NCBI GenBank assembly: GCA_043812655.1 | Contig: JBDRLW010000030.1 | Location: forward strand, 47,055-111,054 | Reading direction: 5' to 3' | DNA length: 64,000 nucleotides | Source of the DNA: a bacterium | GTDB taxonomy: Bacteria; Margulisbacteria; WOR-1; O2-12-FULL-45-9; XYB2-FULL-48-7 | In this document: positions 1-10,220 of the stretch, piece after piece | Position numbering within the stretch: position 1 is the first letter of the stretch | Layout of the letters: each line of letters opens with the position of its first letter | Program-made: the position numbers and the translations under genes | Notes under the pieces: model-generated | What the model saw: the letters and a program-made list of their open reading frames with translations, nothing else | What the model was told of the DNA's origin: nothing | The model's database searches: none

Positions 1-62
1 ACGCCGAAAAGATCAAAACGATCAATGACACAATAAATTATGTAAAGGCACACAAAAAGTAA
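1..62 (+). CDS. acpP: Acyl carrier protein, 3' end (partial)
   Basis: Frame from nt 3 reads AEKIKTINDTINYVKAHKK*, resembling the ACP C-terminal helix; lies just upstream of the FabK-like gene and fabF. Confidence 0.75.
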   Translation, partial: AEKIKTINDTINYVKAHKK

Positions 63-64
63 AC

Positions 65-1018
65 ATGAAGCTACCCCAACTTAAAATAGATGGACTAACG
101 GCTCAAGTCCCGATCATCCAAGGCGGTATGGCCGTTAGGGTTTCAACGGGCCGGCTGGCCGGCGCGGTCGCGGCGACTGGCGCGATCGGTATTATCGGCG
201 CGTCCGGCATGGCGTTTGACGAGCTCAAAAAAGAGATCGCTATTGCCAGGGAATTAGCCAATGGTGGTTTAGTTGGGATCAATATTATGTTTGCGGCCAG
301 AGAATTTTGGGGTATTGTGCAAACCGCGATCAAGGAAAAAATCGATCTCATTATTACTGGGGCTGGTTTTTCCCGAGATATTTTTAAAGCCGGGCTTGAT
401 AACAATACCCCTATTCTCCCTATCGTGTCAACCGCCAGGCTGGCAGAAACAGCCGCGCGTCTTGGCGCTTCAGCGATCGTGGTTGAAGGCAAAGAAGCTG
501 GCGGGCATCTTGGGACCGATCGCTCCATCTGGGATATTTTCCCGGAAGTTAAAAAGGCGGTTAGCCTCCCGGTCATCGCCGCCGGTGGTTTAATTAATGG
601 CGAGGAAATCTGCAAGGCTTTTAAAATGGGGGCGGACGGCGTCCAAATTGCGACCCGCTTCGTCCTGGCTGAAGAATGCAACGTTGCTTTACCTTTTAAG
701 AAGCGGTACCAAACCGCTACCAAAGATGATGTTGTTTTGATCCAGTCCCCTGTTGGTCTCCCTGGGCGGGCGATCAAAACAGCCTTAGTCGAAAAAATAT
801 TAAGTGGAACGGCACCCAAGCCGGTCGGCTGTGATTTCTGTTTGAAGAAATGTTCCTTAAAATATTGCATTATCCAGGCTTTAATTAATTCCCAAAAAGG
901 GGATATTGATAACGGCGTGGTTTTTTCCGGTGAATATGTCTGGAAAATAAAAGACCGAACCATTAAACCGACCGCCGCCATTATGAAAGAACTTTTAGAC
1001 GAGGTCGCCGCGTGCTAG
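65..1018 (+). CDS. FMN-dependent nitronate monooxygenase/FabK-FabX family oxidoreductase
   Basis: PIIQGGM, EGKEAGGHLG, PVIAAGG, GADGVQIATRF motifs; C-terminal CxxCxxxC..C cluster; fab operon context. Confidence 0.85.
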   Translation: MKLPQLKIDGLTAQVPIIQGGMAVRVSTGRLAGAVAATGAIGIIGASGMAFDELKKEIAIARELANGGLVGINIMFAAREFWGIVQTAIKEKIDLIITGAGFSRDIFKAGLDNNTPILPIVSTARLAETAARLGASAIVVEGKEAGGHLGTDRSIWDIFPEVKKAVSLPVIAAGGLINGEEICKAFKMGADGVQIATRFVLAEECNVALPFKKRYQTATKDDVVLIQSPVGLPGRAIKTALVEKILSGTAPKPVGCDFCLKKCSLKYCIIQALINSQKGDIDNGVVFSGEYVWKIKDRTIKPTAAIMKELLDEVAAC

Positions 1019-2232
1019 GTCGCGTTGTTATCACTGGCCTCGGCGTTGTTTCCCCTGTCGGGATCGGCAAAGATATTTTTTGGCAAAATATTGTTGCCGG
1101 AAAAAACGGGATCGGCCCGATCACCCGCTTTGATACGGCTAAATTTGACGTCAAAATTGCCGGTGAGGTTAAAGATTTTGATCCTTCCCTTTATTTAGAT
1201 AAAAAAGAAGCCCGGCGGCTGGTTCGCTTCATCCAGTTCGGGGTTGCCGCCGGAAAAATGGCTCTAACTGACGCTAATTTAACTATTACACCAGAAAATG
1301 CGCCCAGGATCGGTGTTATTGTCGGTTCCGGGATCGGCGGCTTAGATATCCTTGAAGAACAGGCCAGAAATTTACACGAAAAAGGGCCGGATAAGCTTAG
1401 CCCCTTCACTGTTCCCTACATGATCGCCGATATGGCCGCCGGCTACATTTCTATCATGACGGGAGCTAAAGGGCCAAACTTCTGTGTTGTTACCGCTTGC
1501 GCCTCCGGAACTCATTCGATTGGCGAGGCAATGAAGACCATTCAACGCGGTGCCGCCGATGTCGTCATTGCCGGCGGGACCGAGGCTTGTGTCACCCCGC
1601 TTGGCATTGCCAGTTTTGCCGCTGCTCGTGCTTTGTCAACGACCGGCAGCCGCCCTTTTGATAAAACCCGAGACGGTTTTGTGATGGGCGAAGGCGCGGG
1701 AATCGTTATTCTTGAAAGCCTGGAACACGCGCAAAAAAGAGGCGCTCACATTTATGCCGAGCTTGCCGGTTACGGCGCCAGCGGCGACGCCAACCACATT
1801 ACTGCTCCGGCTCCTGGCGGTGAAGGAGCGGTCCGCGCTATTAGAGCGGCCTTGGCAGATGCTAACTTACAACCGGCAGATATTGATTATGTCAACGCCC
1901 ACGGGACCTCGACTGAATTAAACGATAAATTTGAAACAATGGCGCTCAAAACCGTTTTTGGCGAACATGCCAAAAAGCTGAAGATCAGTTCAAACAAATC
2001 GATGATCGGGCATCTTCTTGGCGCTTCCGGGGCGGTCGAGTTTGTTTCCACCACTTTATCCGTAGCCAATGATGTGTCGCCCCCGACAATAAACCATCAG
2101 GCTCCTGATCCTGATTGCGACTTAGATTACACCCCCAACCAGGCAAAAAAACTCCCCATTCGTGCCGCCGTCAAAGAATCTTTTGGTTTTGGCGGACACA
2201 ACGCAATTCTAGTGGTGAAAAAATTTATCTAA
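1012..2232 (+). CDS. fabF: 3-oxoacyl-ACP synthase II
   Basis: RVVITGLG, TACASG (catalytic Cys), NAHGTST, KSMIGHLLGA, SFGFGGHN. Confidence 0.97.
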   Translation: MLGRVVITGLGVVSPVGIGKDIFWQNIVAGKNGIGPITRFDTAKFDVKIAGEVKDFDPSLYLDKKEARRLVRFIQFGVAAGKMALTDANLTITPENAPRIGVIVGSGIGGLDILEEQARNLHEKGPDKLSPFTVPYMIADMAAGYISIMTGAKGPNFCVVTACASGTHSIGEAMKTIQRGAADVVIAGGTEACVTPLGIASFAAARALSTTGSRPFDKTRDGFVMGEGAGIVILESLEHAQKRGAHIYAELAGYGASGDANHITAPAPGGEGAVRAIRAALADANLQPADIDYVNAHGTSTELNDKFETMALKTVFGEHAKKLKISSNKSMIGHLLGASGAVEFVSTTLSVANDVSPPTINHQAPDPDCDLDYTPNQAKKLPIRAAVKESFGFGGHNAILVVKKFI

Positions 2233-2247
2233 TGATATAATCGTTTC

Positions 2248-5200
2248 GTGAAAAGAATCTTATTAATTCTTGCTCTGCTTGCCACCTGCCACTGCTCACT
2301 TGCCACCATCTTATACGCTGACCAGACCTATCCGCAAATCGACATTTCTGGCTTCAAGAAATGGGAAAATAAAAAGGTTGAGGTTGACCCAATGAAAAAC
2401 TATTTCGCCGGGTTAACCCAACTTGGCGGCTACTATCCGACCTTTAGCGGCAGTCCGTGGCAAGAGAGAATGACCTTAAAGATCGCCGGCCAGTTATCAA
2501 AAAACCTCTCCGTCTCTTACGATCTCGAGCAACAGCCGGAAACCCCGGAAAAGTTTGACGTCAAAGTAAAATATGACAACACTGAGTTAACCTTTGGAGA
2601 CTTTACCGCCAATTTTTCCGGCAACGAATTTGTCTCGGCTTCAAAATACATGAATGGCGTCATGCTAACCTCAAAAGATACCTGGTATGATGTCGTGGCA
2701 GTTCCTTCGGCCAAATTAAAAAGCCAAAACCAGGCTCTAACCTCTCAAAACGGCAACAACACCAAGGGTCCCTATAACCTTGGCCACGGCTCGATCGTTG
2801 AAGGCTCTGAACAGGTCCAACTAAACGGGATCTTTTTAAAAAGGAACGTCCATTACACAATCGACTACTTTGAAGGCAAGATCACGTTTAACCAGATCTT
2901 AAGCGCCAGCGATGAATTTAAATATACTTATGACTACACAAATATCATCGATCTTTTTTTCCCGACTTTATCAAAGAGGGATTTCTTTGGTTTTCAATCT
3001 AGGTTCACCCTCGACCCGGAAAAGTTTGGCGTAAAACCTCCCGGGGAAGAGCCCAGCATGGCCACAGGGCGGGATGTTTTTCCGACTAACAGCGCGCAGG
3101 CTGGCGGCATCCCGGAAGGAGAATCGTCTGGCAATTTTCAGTTGAGGAACATTCCTATTGTCAGGTTCAGCGAAACCCTCTCCTTTATGGGTGTTCAGCT
3201 GAAAAAGAACGAAGACTATATGATCCGCTACGACTCCGGTGAAATAAAATTGCTGACCCGGTTTTTGCCGACCGCGGCTGAACCGTTAACGGTTGAATAT
3301 AAATATTTTCAGGTTTCTACCGAGGTCGAAACGATCCCTGGCATCGGCAGCCGGGGACCGTATAAGACCAGGGTCCACCGGATCATTCCTGAGAGCGAAA
3401 AGATTGAACTTGACGGCAAAGTTCTTATTCGCAACCTTGACTACTCGATCGATTATGGGACTGGAGATATCTTGTTTGGCGTTGTCGTCGGCCCAACCTC
3501 GCAAATAAAGGTCAGCTATCGGCATAATGTTATGAGCCTGCCGGCCGCTCCGCCAACGCCTTTCCCTAAAGAGTTAAAACTTGGCGTTACTTATTTAAAG
3601 GAATCGGCCAAAAAAAGCGCTGGCGCCCCAACCGCCACCGCCATTGAAGCCTATTCCGGAACCTCCATTGTTAATAATGGTTATGTCCTTAGCTTAAAGA
3701 ATCGTCCGGTCGTAACATCCGAAAGTTTCACTCTTAGGACAAAAACCAGGGTCTTAACGCTTGACGTTGATTACACTTTTCCCACGACCGAAGTTGACCC
3801 TGTTACCGGGTTTGTAAAAGTCACACCCAATGTCCCGCTAAGTTATATTACTGATAAGACTGATCTTTCAGATGGTGTTAGGACCGGTACAATTGCCTTC
3901 CTGACCGCCCTTTCGGCCTCCGATGAAGTTACGGTTACTTATACCTACAATAAAAGCGTTGTCGGCAAATATAATGCCGCCGGAACAGGAAGCAAGGGTC
4001 CTTATTATTTGCGGAACACCAGGGATATTGTCCCGGGGACAGAAGCTGTCCAGGTCTGGGACCAAGGCTCTTCAATAATTACGACCTATACCAGGAATAC
4101 CAGCTTTGAAGCCAACGCCGGCGATACCGGGTATTCCATTAACTATTCTACTGATAACGCTTATATTACCTTTAATAACCCTCTCCCGACATCCAAAAAC
4201 TTCCAGGTTATTTTCCAGTATCTTCCCTCGACAACCGGCAACAACAACAACGACATTTCTCAAAGTGCTTTTGGTTTTGATGGGAGCTTTAAGATCGGCG
4301 ATATTTTTAAGATAGATTCTTCTTATGCCAAGACCGAAAACGACCAGGTTTTTGTGGCGGAATCGACCTTCGAAACTTTTGGCGTTGGAGGAACTTATCC
4401 GATCAATAATACCAAGAATTATGCCCTTCACTCTTCGGCCAACCTTGTTGAGGGGAGCGAAAAAATATCCATTAATAATCAAGTGCTCAACCGTGACATC
4501 GACTATTATATCTCCTATACTGCTCCAGGCAGCTTTAGCTTTTACTACATCACTCCAGGCACGCTTGATGCTATTTCCGTCGAATATAAATTCCAATCAA
4601 CTGCCGGCTCCCAATCAACCCAAACGACCAAGACCGATACAGCTTTCCGTTTGGGCGCGGAAACCAAGCTTTTTGGCGATGTTTTAAAATTGAGCGGCAA
4701 CACCAAAAAGATCGGCTTTGACTTCTCTCCTTTAGGAGGGACATCTATCGGCGTCGGATCAGAATATCAGGAATACAATGTGTTTTTCCATCCCGATTAC
4801 CACTCGTTTTTTAGTGATTACTCATACAAGTATAACCAGTCCCCGATCGGCACAACAAGAAAAACCTTCCTGCGCACTTACGATAATACATGGTCTGGAG
4901 GAATTAACCCGAGGGGGCTAGTTAAACTTGACCTTGCCTATCGGACCCTAGCGACTATCGACGATCCGCTCACTCCCGGTGGCTTGCATAATAGCGATTC
5001 ACTTCAAGACTCTTACTCGATCAGCGCTACTCCTAAGGATATTACCAGAGGGCAACTCGTTTTCAGCCAAAAATACGACTTAAAGAAAACTTCTTCAAAA
5101 AATGACGTGATCGATCAGGCGGCAAACAAATCAACCTCCACCACCGATTACTTCCATGCTTTTGGCAACGCTAAAGTCACCGATCGTTTCTCTCTAGGCT

Positions 5201-6297
5201 ACGACTACCAATACAATGAACCGATTACGCTGAGCTCGCTCGAGACCGAAACAGCCCACACGATTTCTCTTGACCATTCTTATAACTTGAATCTCGACCT
5301 AACAACCCTGTTCCTAAAAAAGTGGGCCCTCCGAATGGCTCTGCAAACTCATGAGGATCAAAAAATTGTTCCAGCCATGACCAGCGTCAAAACCAGGAAC
5401 GAAACTTATCACATGGACATTACCCCCTTCACCATCTTAACCTCATCCATCGACCATAACCGGCAGGAGAGGACCTCATATGTCGTAGGAGGGGAAAACC
5501 CCTTAAGCATGAGGACGGCGGCTTCAGCAAGGTTGTCCCCTGTCCCCTGGTTTTCAATAGGGGCCAACGCTTCAGTTAATGAAACAATACCGGAAACAGG
5601 CGCAATTAACAGGGCCGATGGGCGATCTAAAGCCGGTGATATTGATTTTACGCCAATATCTTTAAATCTTTTGAAGTTAAACTCTCGTTTTGTCGGCTCA
5701 GACACAAGACAGACTGCGCCGTCCGGAACCGAAAGGATCTCAACTTTCACCAATACCGTCTCTCAAAACTACACCTTAAGTTTTAATTATATCCCTCTTG
5801 TCCCTTTAACTTTAGGGCTGCTCTCTGAAGATTATAATAATTATAATGATTCAGTCCTTTCTCATGTCGACACCAGTACGCGCAATAAAATCACAACCGC
5901 TTCAACCCAAGTTGCGCCGCCCTTCCTGCCCCAATTAACTTTAACCGCTGATTATAATCGCAAAGACACATTTAATCTAAAAACCAATGACACCCGCCCA
6001 AAAATTGTTGTCAATGGAAAGGCCAGCTACCAAGTTACTACTTGGGGATCAATTGCCTATGATACTTCGATCGAAAGGAATCAGGGCGAGGTCCAGGCCG
6101 GTTCAATCGTTGATCTAAATTATAAAAAAACCACTTCAACCATCAGCTTGAATCTCACCCTCCCCGTTGATAACCCGGTGCTTAACAACTTTTTAGTGGT
6201 CGCCTCTTTAAAGCGGGTTGAATATAAAAACTATTATAATTCAAGCGATGATTTTAATGCGAGCTTGTTGAGCTTTGAAGGGACGCTAAACTTCTAA
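2248..6297 (+). CDS. Large exported/outer-membrane protein with repeated SprA-like beta domains
   Basis: Signal peptide; about 6 repeats of IVxGSExVxxNGxxLxRxxDYxIDYxxGxIxF; beta-rich C-terminal half ending in Phe. Confidence 0.6.
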   Translation: MKRILLILALLATCHCSLATILYADQTYPQIDISGFKKWENKKVEVDPMKNYFAGLTQLGGYYPTFSGSPWQERMTLKIAGQLSKNLSVSYDLEQQPETPEKFDVKVKYDNTELTFGDFTANFSGNEFVSASKYMNGVMLTSKDTWYDVVAVPSAKLKSQNQALTSQNGNNTKGPYNLGHGSIVEGSEQVQLNGIFLKRNVHYTIDYFEGKITFNQILSASDEFKYTYDYTNIIDLFFPTLSKRDFFGFQSRFTLDPEKFGVKPPGEEPSMATGRDVFPTNSAQAGGIPEGESSGNFQLRNIPIVRFSETLSFMGVQLKKNEDYMIRYDSGEIKLLTRFLPTAAEPLTVEYKYFQVSTEVETIPGIGSRGPYKTRVHRIIPESEKIELDGKVLIRNLDYSIDYGTGDILFGVVVGPTSQIKVSYRHNVMSLPAAPPTPFPKELKLGVTYLKESAKKSAGAPTATAIEAYSGTSIVNNGYVLSLKNRPVVTSESFTLRTKTRVLTLDVDYTFPTTEVDPVTGFVKVTPNVPLSYITDKTDLSDGVRTGTIAFLTALSASDEVTVTYTYNKSVVGKYNAAGTGSKGPYYLRNTRDIVPGTEAVQVWDQGSSIITTYTRNTSFEANAGDTGYSINYSTDNAYITFNNPLPTSKNFQVIFQYLPSTTGNNNNDISQSAFGFDGSFKIGDIFKIDSSYAKTENDQVFVAESTFETFGVGGTYPINNTKNYALHSSANLVEGSEKISINNQVLNRDIDYYISYTAPGSFSFYYITPGTLDAISVEYKFQSTAGSQSTQTTKTDTAFRLGAETKLFGDVLKLSGNTKKIGFDFSPLGGTSIGVGSEYQEYNVFFHPDYHSFFSDYSYKYNQSPIGTTRKTFLRTYDNTWSGGINPRGLVKLDLAYRTLATIDDPLTPGGLHNSDSLQDSYSISATPKDITRGQLVFSQKYDLKKTSSKNDVIDQAANKSTSTTDYFHAFGNAKVTDRFSLGYDYQYNEPITLSSLETETAHTISLDHSYNLNLDLTTLFLKKWALRMALQTHEDQKIVPAMTSVKTRNETYHMDITPFTILTSSIDHNRQERTSYVVGGENPLSMRTAASARLSPVPWFSIGANASVNETIPETGAINRADGRSKAGDIDFTPISLNLLKLNSRFVGSDTRQTAPSGTERISTFTNTVSQNYTLSFNYIPLVPLTLGLLSEDYNNYNDSVLSHVDTSTRNKITTASTQVAPPFLPQLTLTADYNRKDTFNLKTNDTRPKIVVNGKASYQVTTWGSIAYDTSIERNQGEVQAGSIVDLNYKKTTSTISLNLTLPVDNPVLNNFLVVASLKRVEYKNYYNSSDDFNASLLSFEGTLNF

Positions 6298-8435
6298 TTG
6301 AGGATGATTATTTTTCCGCGGGCCAGGATCTTTTTATCTGCGACTATTTGGTAGAGATAAACACCATTAGGCAGGTTTTCTCCATAAAGGCTCTTTCCAT
6401 TCCAGGTTGGATTGTTTAGCCCTGATTTTCCACCATTGTCACCGGCCGGATAACTTTTCTGCCAGAGCAAGTTCCCGTTAAGGTCAAAAAGATAGATCGT
6501 CGCATCAAAATTCCCTGCTAAAGTATAAACAAAGCTGGTCTCGTTGGTGCTCGTCCTGATAAAAGGATTAGGCAAGACAAAGGCTAGGGGCAGCGTCCCT
6601 TGTGCTTCAACTTCTTTATTGGCCGCTTCTTTTTTGATGTTGACCAAGGTAGTCGCGATGGCGGTTTGCCCGACGTGGTCAACAACTCTTAACCTTATCG
6701 TGTAATCTCCGCTTAACCCGGCAGTCTCCCAAGTTCCTAAGGCGCTACTTTCAACTGAAACATAGTATGTCCCAATTGTTTGGAAAGTTGTCGGGCTGCT
6801 TCCACTTCCATATTCTAAAACATAATAGTTAAAATATTGGTCTTTCGCCTTGCCGGTGATCGTAACGCTTCCTTCTATCGTAGTCCCTTGTGATGGAGTT
6901 ATAATGGCGGCCTCTGGCGCGGTGTTATCAATATGTACAGAAACCGCTGTTTCGGCCGAAGAAGCATCATTGTTCACCACGTTAAGCTTGATCGTATAAT
7001 CTCCATTTAAACCGCTGGTATCCCAGCTAGCAAGAGAGCCAGCATTAACCATTGTTGAAGAATTGGCAATGTTAACAACGACAACCCCTCCGCTTAGCGC
7101 TGCTAATGTGTACCGGTTAAAATTACTGCTATACGCCGAACCGCGGACATTAACGCTTCCGCTAATATATTCTTGGCTGGCAGGGGAAGTGATCGTCGCG
7201 TTAGGGGTTGAAAGGGCTAATTGAGCGTCGATCCGACCGGTCCCAAGCGAGCCCGCTGGAAGTGTAGGGTTTAAGCTGTCGATGCTTGTCGCGTAATCTT
7301 TTATCCGGGCGTAAATTTGCGCCGCCGTTAGAGTTGGATATGCCGCTTTAATTAATGAGGCTAATCCGGCAACAAAAGGCGTGGCCAAAGAGGTTCCGCT
7401 GGCATTTACATATCCCCCTCCCATTTTTGTGGTTAGGATCGTTGTCCCTGGAGCTGAAACGTCTACCCAGGAACCATAGTTTGAGCCTGGAGTAGCAACC
7501 GAGGCCCACTCTGCCCTTTTATCTGAAGAGTCGGTCGCGGCAATACATAGCACCGACTTTGAAGGGGATGCCGCCGGATAATTTTTTTCATTTGTGCCGC
7601 TATTCCCCGCCGCCGCTACCACCACCACCCCCGCTTGATAAGCCGCTTTGCAGGCATTCTCCATGTCAACATCAAAATCGCTTTGCCCTAAACTAAGGTT
7701 AATTACGTCTGCCTCTTTAGAAATAGCCCAATAAATCGCGTCCGCAATATCTAGGGTATCTCCCGTCGCTCCCCCTCCTGCTACCGGCCTCATCGCCTTG
7801 AGCGGCAAAATCATCGCGTTCCAATCTGTCCCAGCAACGCCAACCCCATTATTGGTTTTCGCTGCGATCACACCAGAAACTTCTGTTCCATGCCCTTCAT
7901 CATCATCGGCGTTATTATTGTTACTAACAAAATTCCAGGCTTTAGCCGTGTTTAACTTATCTTGTAAATCTTCATGGTTGTAGTCAACCCCAGTATCGAT
8001 CACCGCCACCAGCACTTCATTTGTCCCTCGGGAAACATCCCAAGCATAATCAGCTTTTATCTTTGTTAGCCCCCATTGCGACCCATAACTCGGATCATTT
8101 GGAATGGTCTGAAAAGTGTGATATATAAAATTCGGCTGAGCGGAGATAACATTCGGCTCTTTTTCCAGGTCACTAATAACTTGTTTTACGTCAACCTCCT
8201 TGCTAAAGGTTATTTTATAATGGTTGCTAAAAGACGGCGGCCGAACATTATATCCAATCGGTCGTTCTCCTCTCGCCGCCCCATATTTTGCGGCTATGTT
8301 TTGAGAAATAACCGCCTGTCCGGGCTTAAACCTAACAATTACTTCTCCAGGCTTATATTCAGCCAATGACAAATGACTAATGACGAACAACGAATTAATG
8401 AGTAAAAGTAATAATAGAAGAACCGCTTTCTTCAT
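6294..8435 (-). CDS. Secreted subtilisin-like (S8) serine protease with Ig-like domains and a FlgD/T9SS-CTD-like C-terminus
   Basis: VAVIDTG, HGTEVSG, AAAGN, SGTSLATP catalytic motifs; C-terminal PNPF...WNGK...NGVYLY...KIIILN. Confidence 0.9.
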   Translation of the reverse strand: MKKAVLLLLLLLINSLFVISHLSLAEYKPGEVIVRFKPGQAVISQNIAAKYGAARGERPIGYNVRPPSFSNHYKITFSKEVDVKQVISDLEKEPNVISAQPNFIYHTFQTIPNDPSYGSQWGLTKIKADYAWDVSRGTNEVLVAVIDTGVDYNHEDLQDKLNTAKAWNFVSNNNNADDDEGHGTEVSGVIAAKTNNGVGVAGTDWNAMILPLKAMRPVAGGGATGDTLDIADAIYWAISKEADVINLSLGQSDFDVDMENACKAAYQAGVVVVAAAGNSGTNEKNYPAASPSKSVLCIAATDSSDKRAEWASVATPGSNYGSWVDVSAPGTTILTTKMGGGYVNASGTSLATPFVAGLASLIKAAYPTLTAAQIYARIKDYATSIDSLNPTLPAGSLGTGRIDAQLALSTPNATITSPASQEYISGSVNVRGSAYSSNFNRYTLAALSGGVVVVNIANSSTMVNAGSLASWDTSGLNGDYTIKLNVVNNDASSAETAVSVHIDNTAPEAAIITPSQGTTIEGSVTITGKAKDQYFNYYVLEYGSGSSPTTFQTIGTYYVSVESSALGTWETAGLSGDYTIRLRVVDHVGQTAIATTLVNIKKEAANKEVEAQGTLPLAFVLPNPFIRTSTNETSFVYTLAGNFDATIYLFDLNGNLLWQKSYPAGDNGGKSGLNNPTWNGKSLYGENLPNGVYLYQIVADKKILARGKIIILN

Positions 8436-8479
8436 TTCGGTTGAAGTATACCATAGCTATAGCGTATAATAAAACTACC

Positions 8480-9685
8480 ATGAAAAACTTAAAGGCTCGT
8501 GGACAAAAAGTTCTTTCCCCTGTTTTGGGAAAATATTTTGATGACTTTGAGGTCGCAAGCGGCAAGGGATCGATCCTTTCAGGCCTTGATGGGAAAAAAT
8601 ATTTAGATTTTTCCAGCGGCATCGCTTGCACTGTTACCGGCCATTGCCACTCCAAGGTTGTAAAGGCGATCAAAACCCAGGCCGAAAAACTGCTTCATAT
8701 TTGCATTGGCGTCGCCTACTATGAACCTTATGTTGAATTAGCCGAGGAACTGCAAAAGATCTCGCCGATAAAAGGCGCCCAGGTCTTTCTTTGCCAAAGC
8801 GGCTCGGAATCAGTTGAGGCCGCCTTAAAGCTGGCAAAGTATACGACCAATCGCCCAGGCATTATCGCCATAAAAGGTGGTTTTCACGGGCGGACACTCG
8901 GGGCATTGTCGGCCACAACGTCGAAGATGAAATACCGCGACCACTATGAACCTCTATTGCCAAATGTTTATATTGCGGAACAAAACCTCTTGTCAGTTGA
9001 AGGTATAATGAAAAAGCATGCCGGCCAGATCGCCGGGCTGATCGTTGAACCGATCCTAGGAGAAGGCGGATACATAGTTTTCCCAAAAAAGTTTTTACAG
9101 GGACTGCGCCAGCTTTGCGACCAAAATAATATATTGTTAATATTTGACGAAGTCCAAACCGGCGTTGGCCATACCGGTAAATGGTTCGCTTGCGAGCATG
9201 CGGAAGTCGTGCCCGACATTATAGTTACGGCTAAAGGGATTGCTTCGGGCCTGCCACTCGGCGCTTGTCTGGCTAAAAAAGAAATTATGGCCAAGTGGTC
9301 GCCCGGCGCCCATGGCTCGACCTTTGGCGGCAACCCTGTCTGCTGCGCCGCCGCCATCGCGACGATCAAGGCAATCAAGGCCGAAAAAATGTTAGCTAAC
9401 ACCATTAAGCAAGGGAAATATTTGATGTCCCGCCTCTCGAAGCTCCGAAATCAGTACTCCGAACTGATCAAAGACGTCCGCGGCCTAGGCTTGATCATTG
9501 GCGTTGATTTTGGCGACAGCGTCCCGGTCAAGAAGATCGTTAATTTTTGTTTAGAGAAAAAATTAGTTTTGATCTCCACCGGCGGCGACGGGACCGTTAT
9601 CCGGTTTATCCCGCCCTTGAACGTGACCCGCGCGCAGATCGACCAAGCCTTAGAAATATTTTCTCAGGCGCTAGATAATGTTTAA
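8480..9685 (+). CDS. Class III PLP-dependent aminotransferase (GabT/ArgD-like)
   Basis: SGSESVEAALK, FHGRT, EPILGEGG, DEVQTG, AKGIASG; ATG 8480 follows a TATAAT. Confidence 0.9.
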   Translation: MKNLKARGQKVLSPVLGKYFDDFEVASGKGSILSGLDGKKYLDFSSGIACTVTGHCHSKVVKAIKTQAEKLLHICIGVAYYEPYVELAEELQKISPIKGAQVFLCQSGSESVEAALKLAKYTTNRPGIIAIKGGFHGRTLGALSATTSKMKYRDHYEPLLPNVYIAEQNLLSVEGIMKKHAGQIAGLIVEPILGEGGYIVFPKKFLQGLRQLCDQNNILLIFDEVQTGVGHTGKWFACEHAEVVPDIIVTAKGIASGLPLGACLAKKEIMAKWSPGAHGSTFGGNPVCCAAAIATIKAIKAEKMLANTIKQGKYLMSRLSKLRNQYSELIKDVRGLGLIIGVDFGDSVPVKKIVNFCLEKKLVLISTGGDGTVIRFIPPLNVTRAQIDQALEIFSQALDNV

Positions 9686-10220
9686 ATATTTGACGTTACC
9701 TGACCTGTTAGACATCGCGGCGCAAAGGAAAGAGCCGCCATTCGTCTTAATTCTCGACGGGATCGAAGACCCGCACAACTTTGGCGCGATCTTGCGCACC
9801 GCCGAGGCCGCTGGCGTCCACGGCGTCGTGATCCGCAAGAACCGCCAAGTCCCGGTCACCGAAACGGTCATTAAGGTTTCCACCGGCGCGGCCGAAAACG
9901 TGCCGATCGCCCGCGTTCCCAACATTGCCGAAGCGATCCGCTTCCTGCGGAACGAGTCGCTGACGGTATTCGGGGTTGAAATAGACGGGAAAAGATTATA
10001 TAATCAGGCAGATTACCGGAGCGGGGTCGCGCTTGTCGTCGGGAGTGAAGGCGCCGGCCTTGCCCGGCTTGTCAAAGAGCGGTGCGACGAGGTCGTGCGA
10101 CTGCCGATGCGAGGAAAGGTAAATTCTCTCAATGCTTCGGTCGCCACCGGCATCGTCCTATACGAAGTATTAAGACAAAGATCTCTCGACGAATCTCGAG
10201 ATAAAGGAGGTGAATTGTAA
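9678..10220 (+). CDS. rlmB: TrmH/SpoU family RNA 2'-O-methyltransferase (RlmB-like, catalytic domain only)
   Basis: LDGIEDPHNFGAILRT, GSEGAGL, SLNASVATGI. Confidence 0.75.
   Translation: MFKYLTLPDLLDIAAQRKEPPFVLILDGIEDPHNFGAILRTAEAAGVHGVVIRKNRQVPVTETVIKVSTGAAENVPIARVPNIAEAIRFLRNESLTVFGVEIDGKRLYNQADYRSGVALVVGSEGAGLARLVKERCDEVVRLPMRGKVNSLNASVATGIVLYEVLRQRSLDESRDKGGEL

Noticed and set aside
103..981. Long antisense ORFs (e.g. 103-981, 19161-20129, 29157-29933, 37082-37855, 47332-48045)
   Set aside because: Shadows of well-supported genes on the opposite strand, with no motifs
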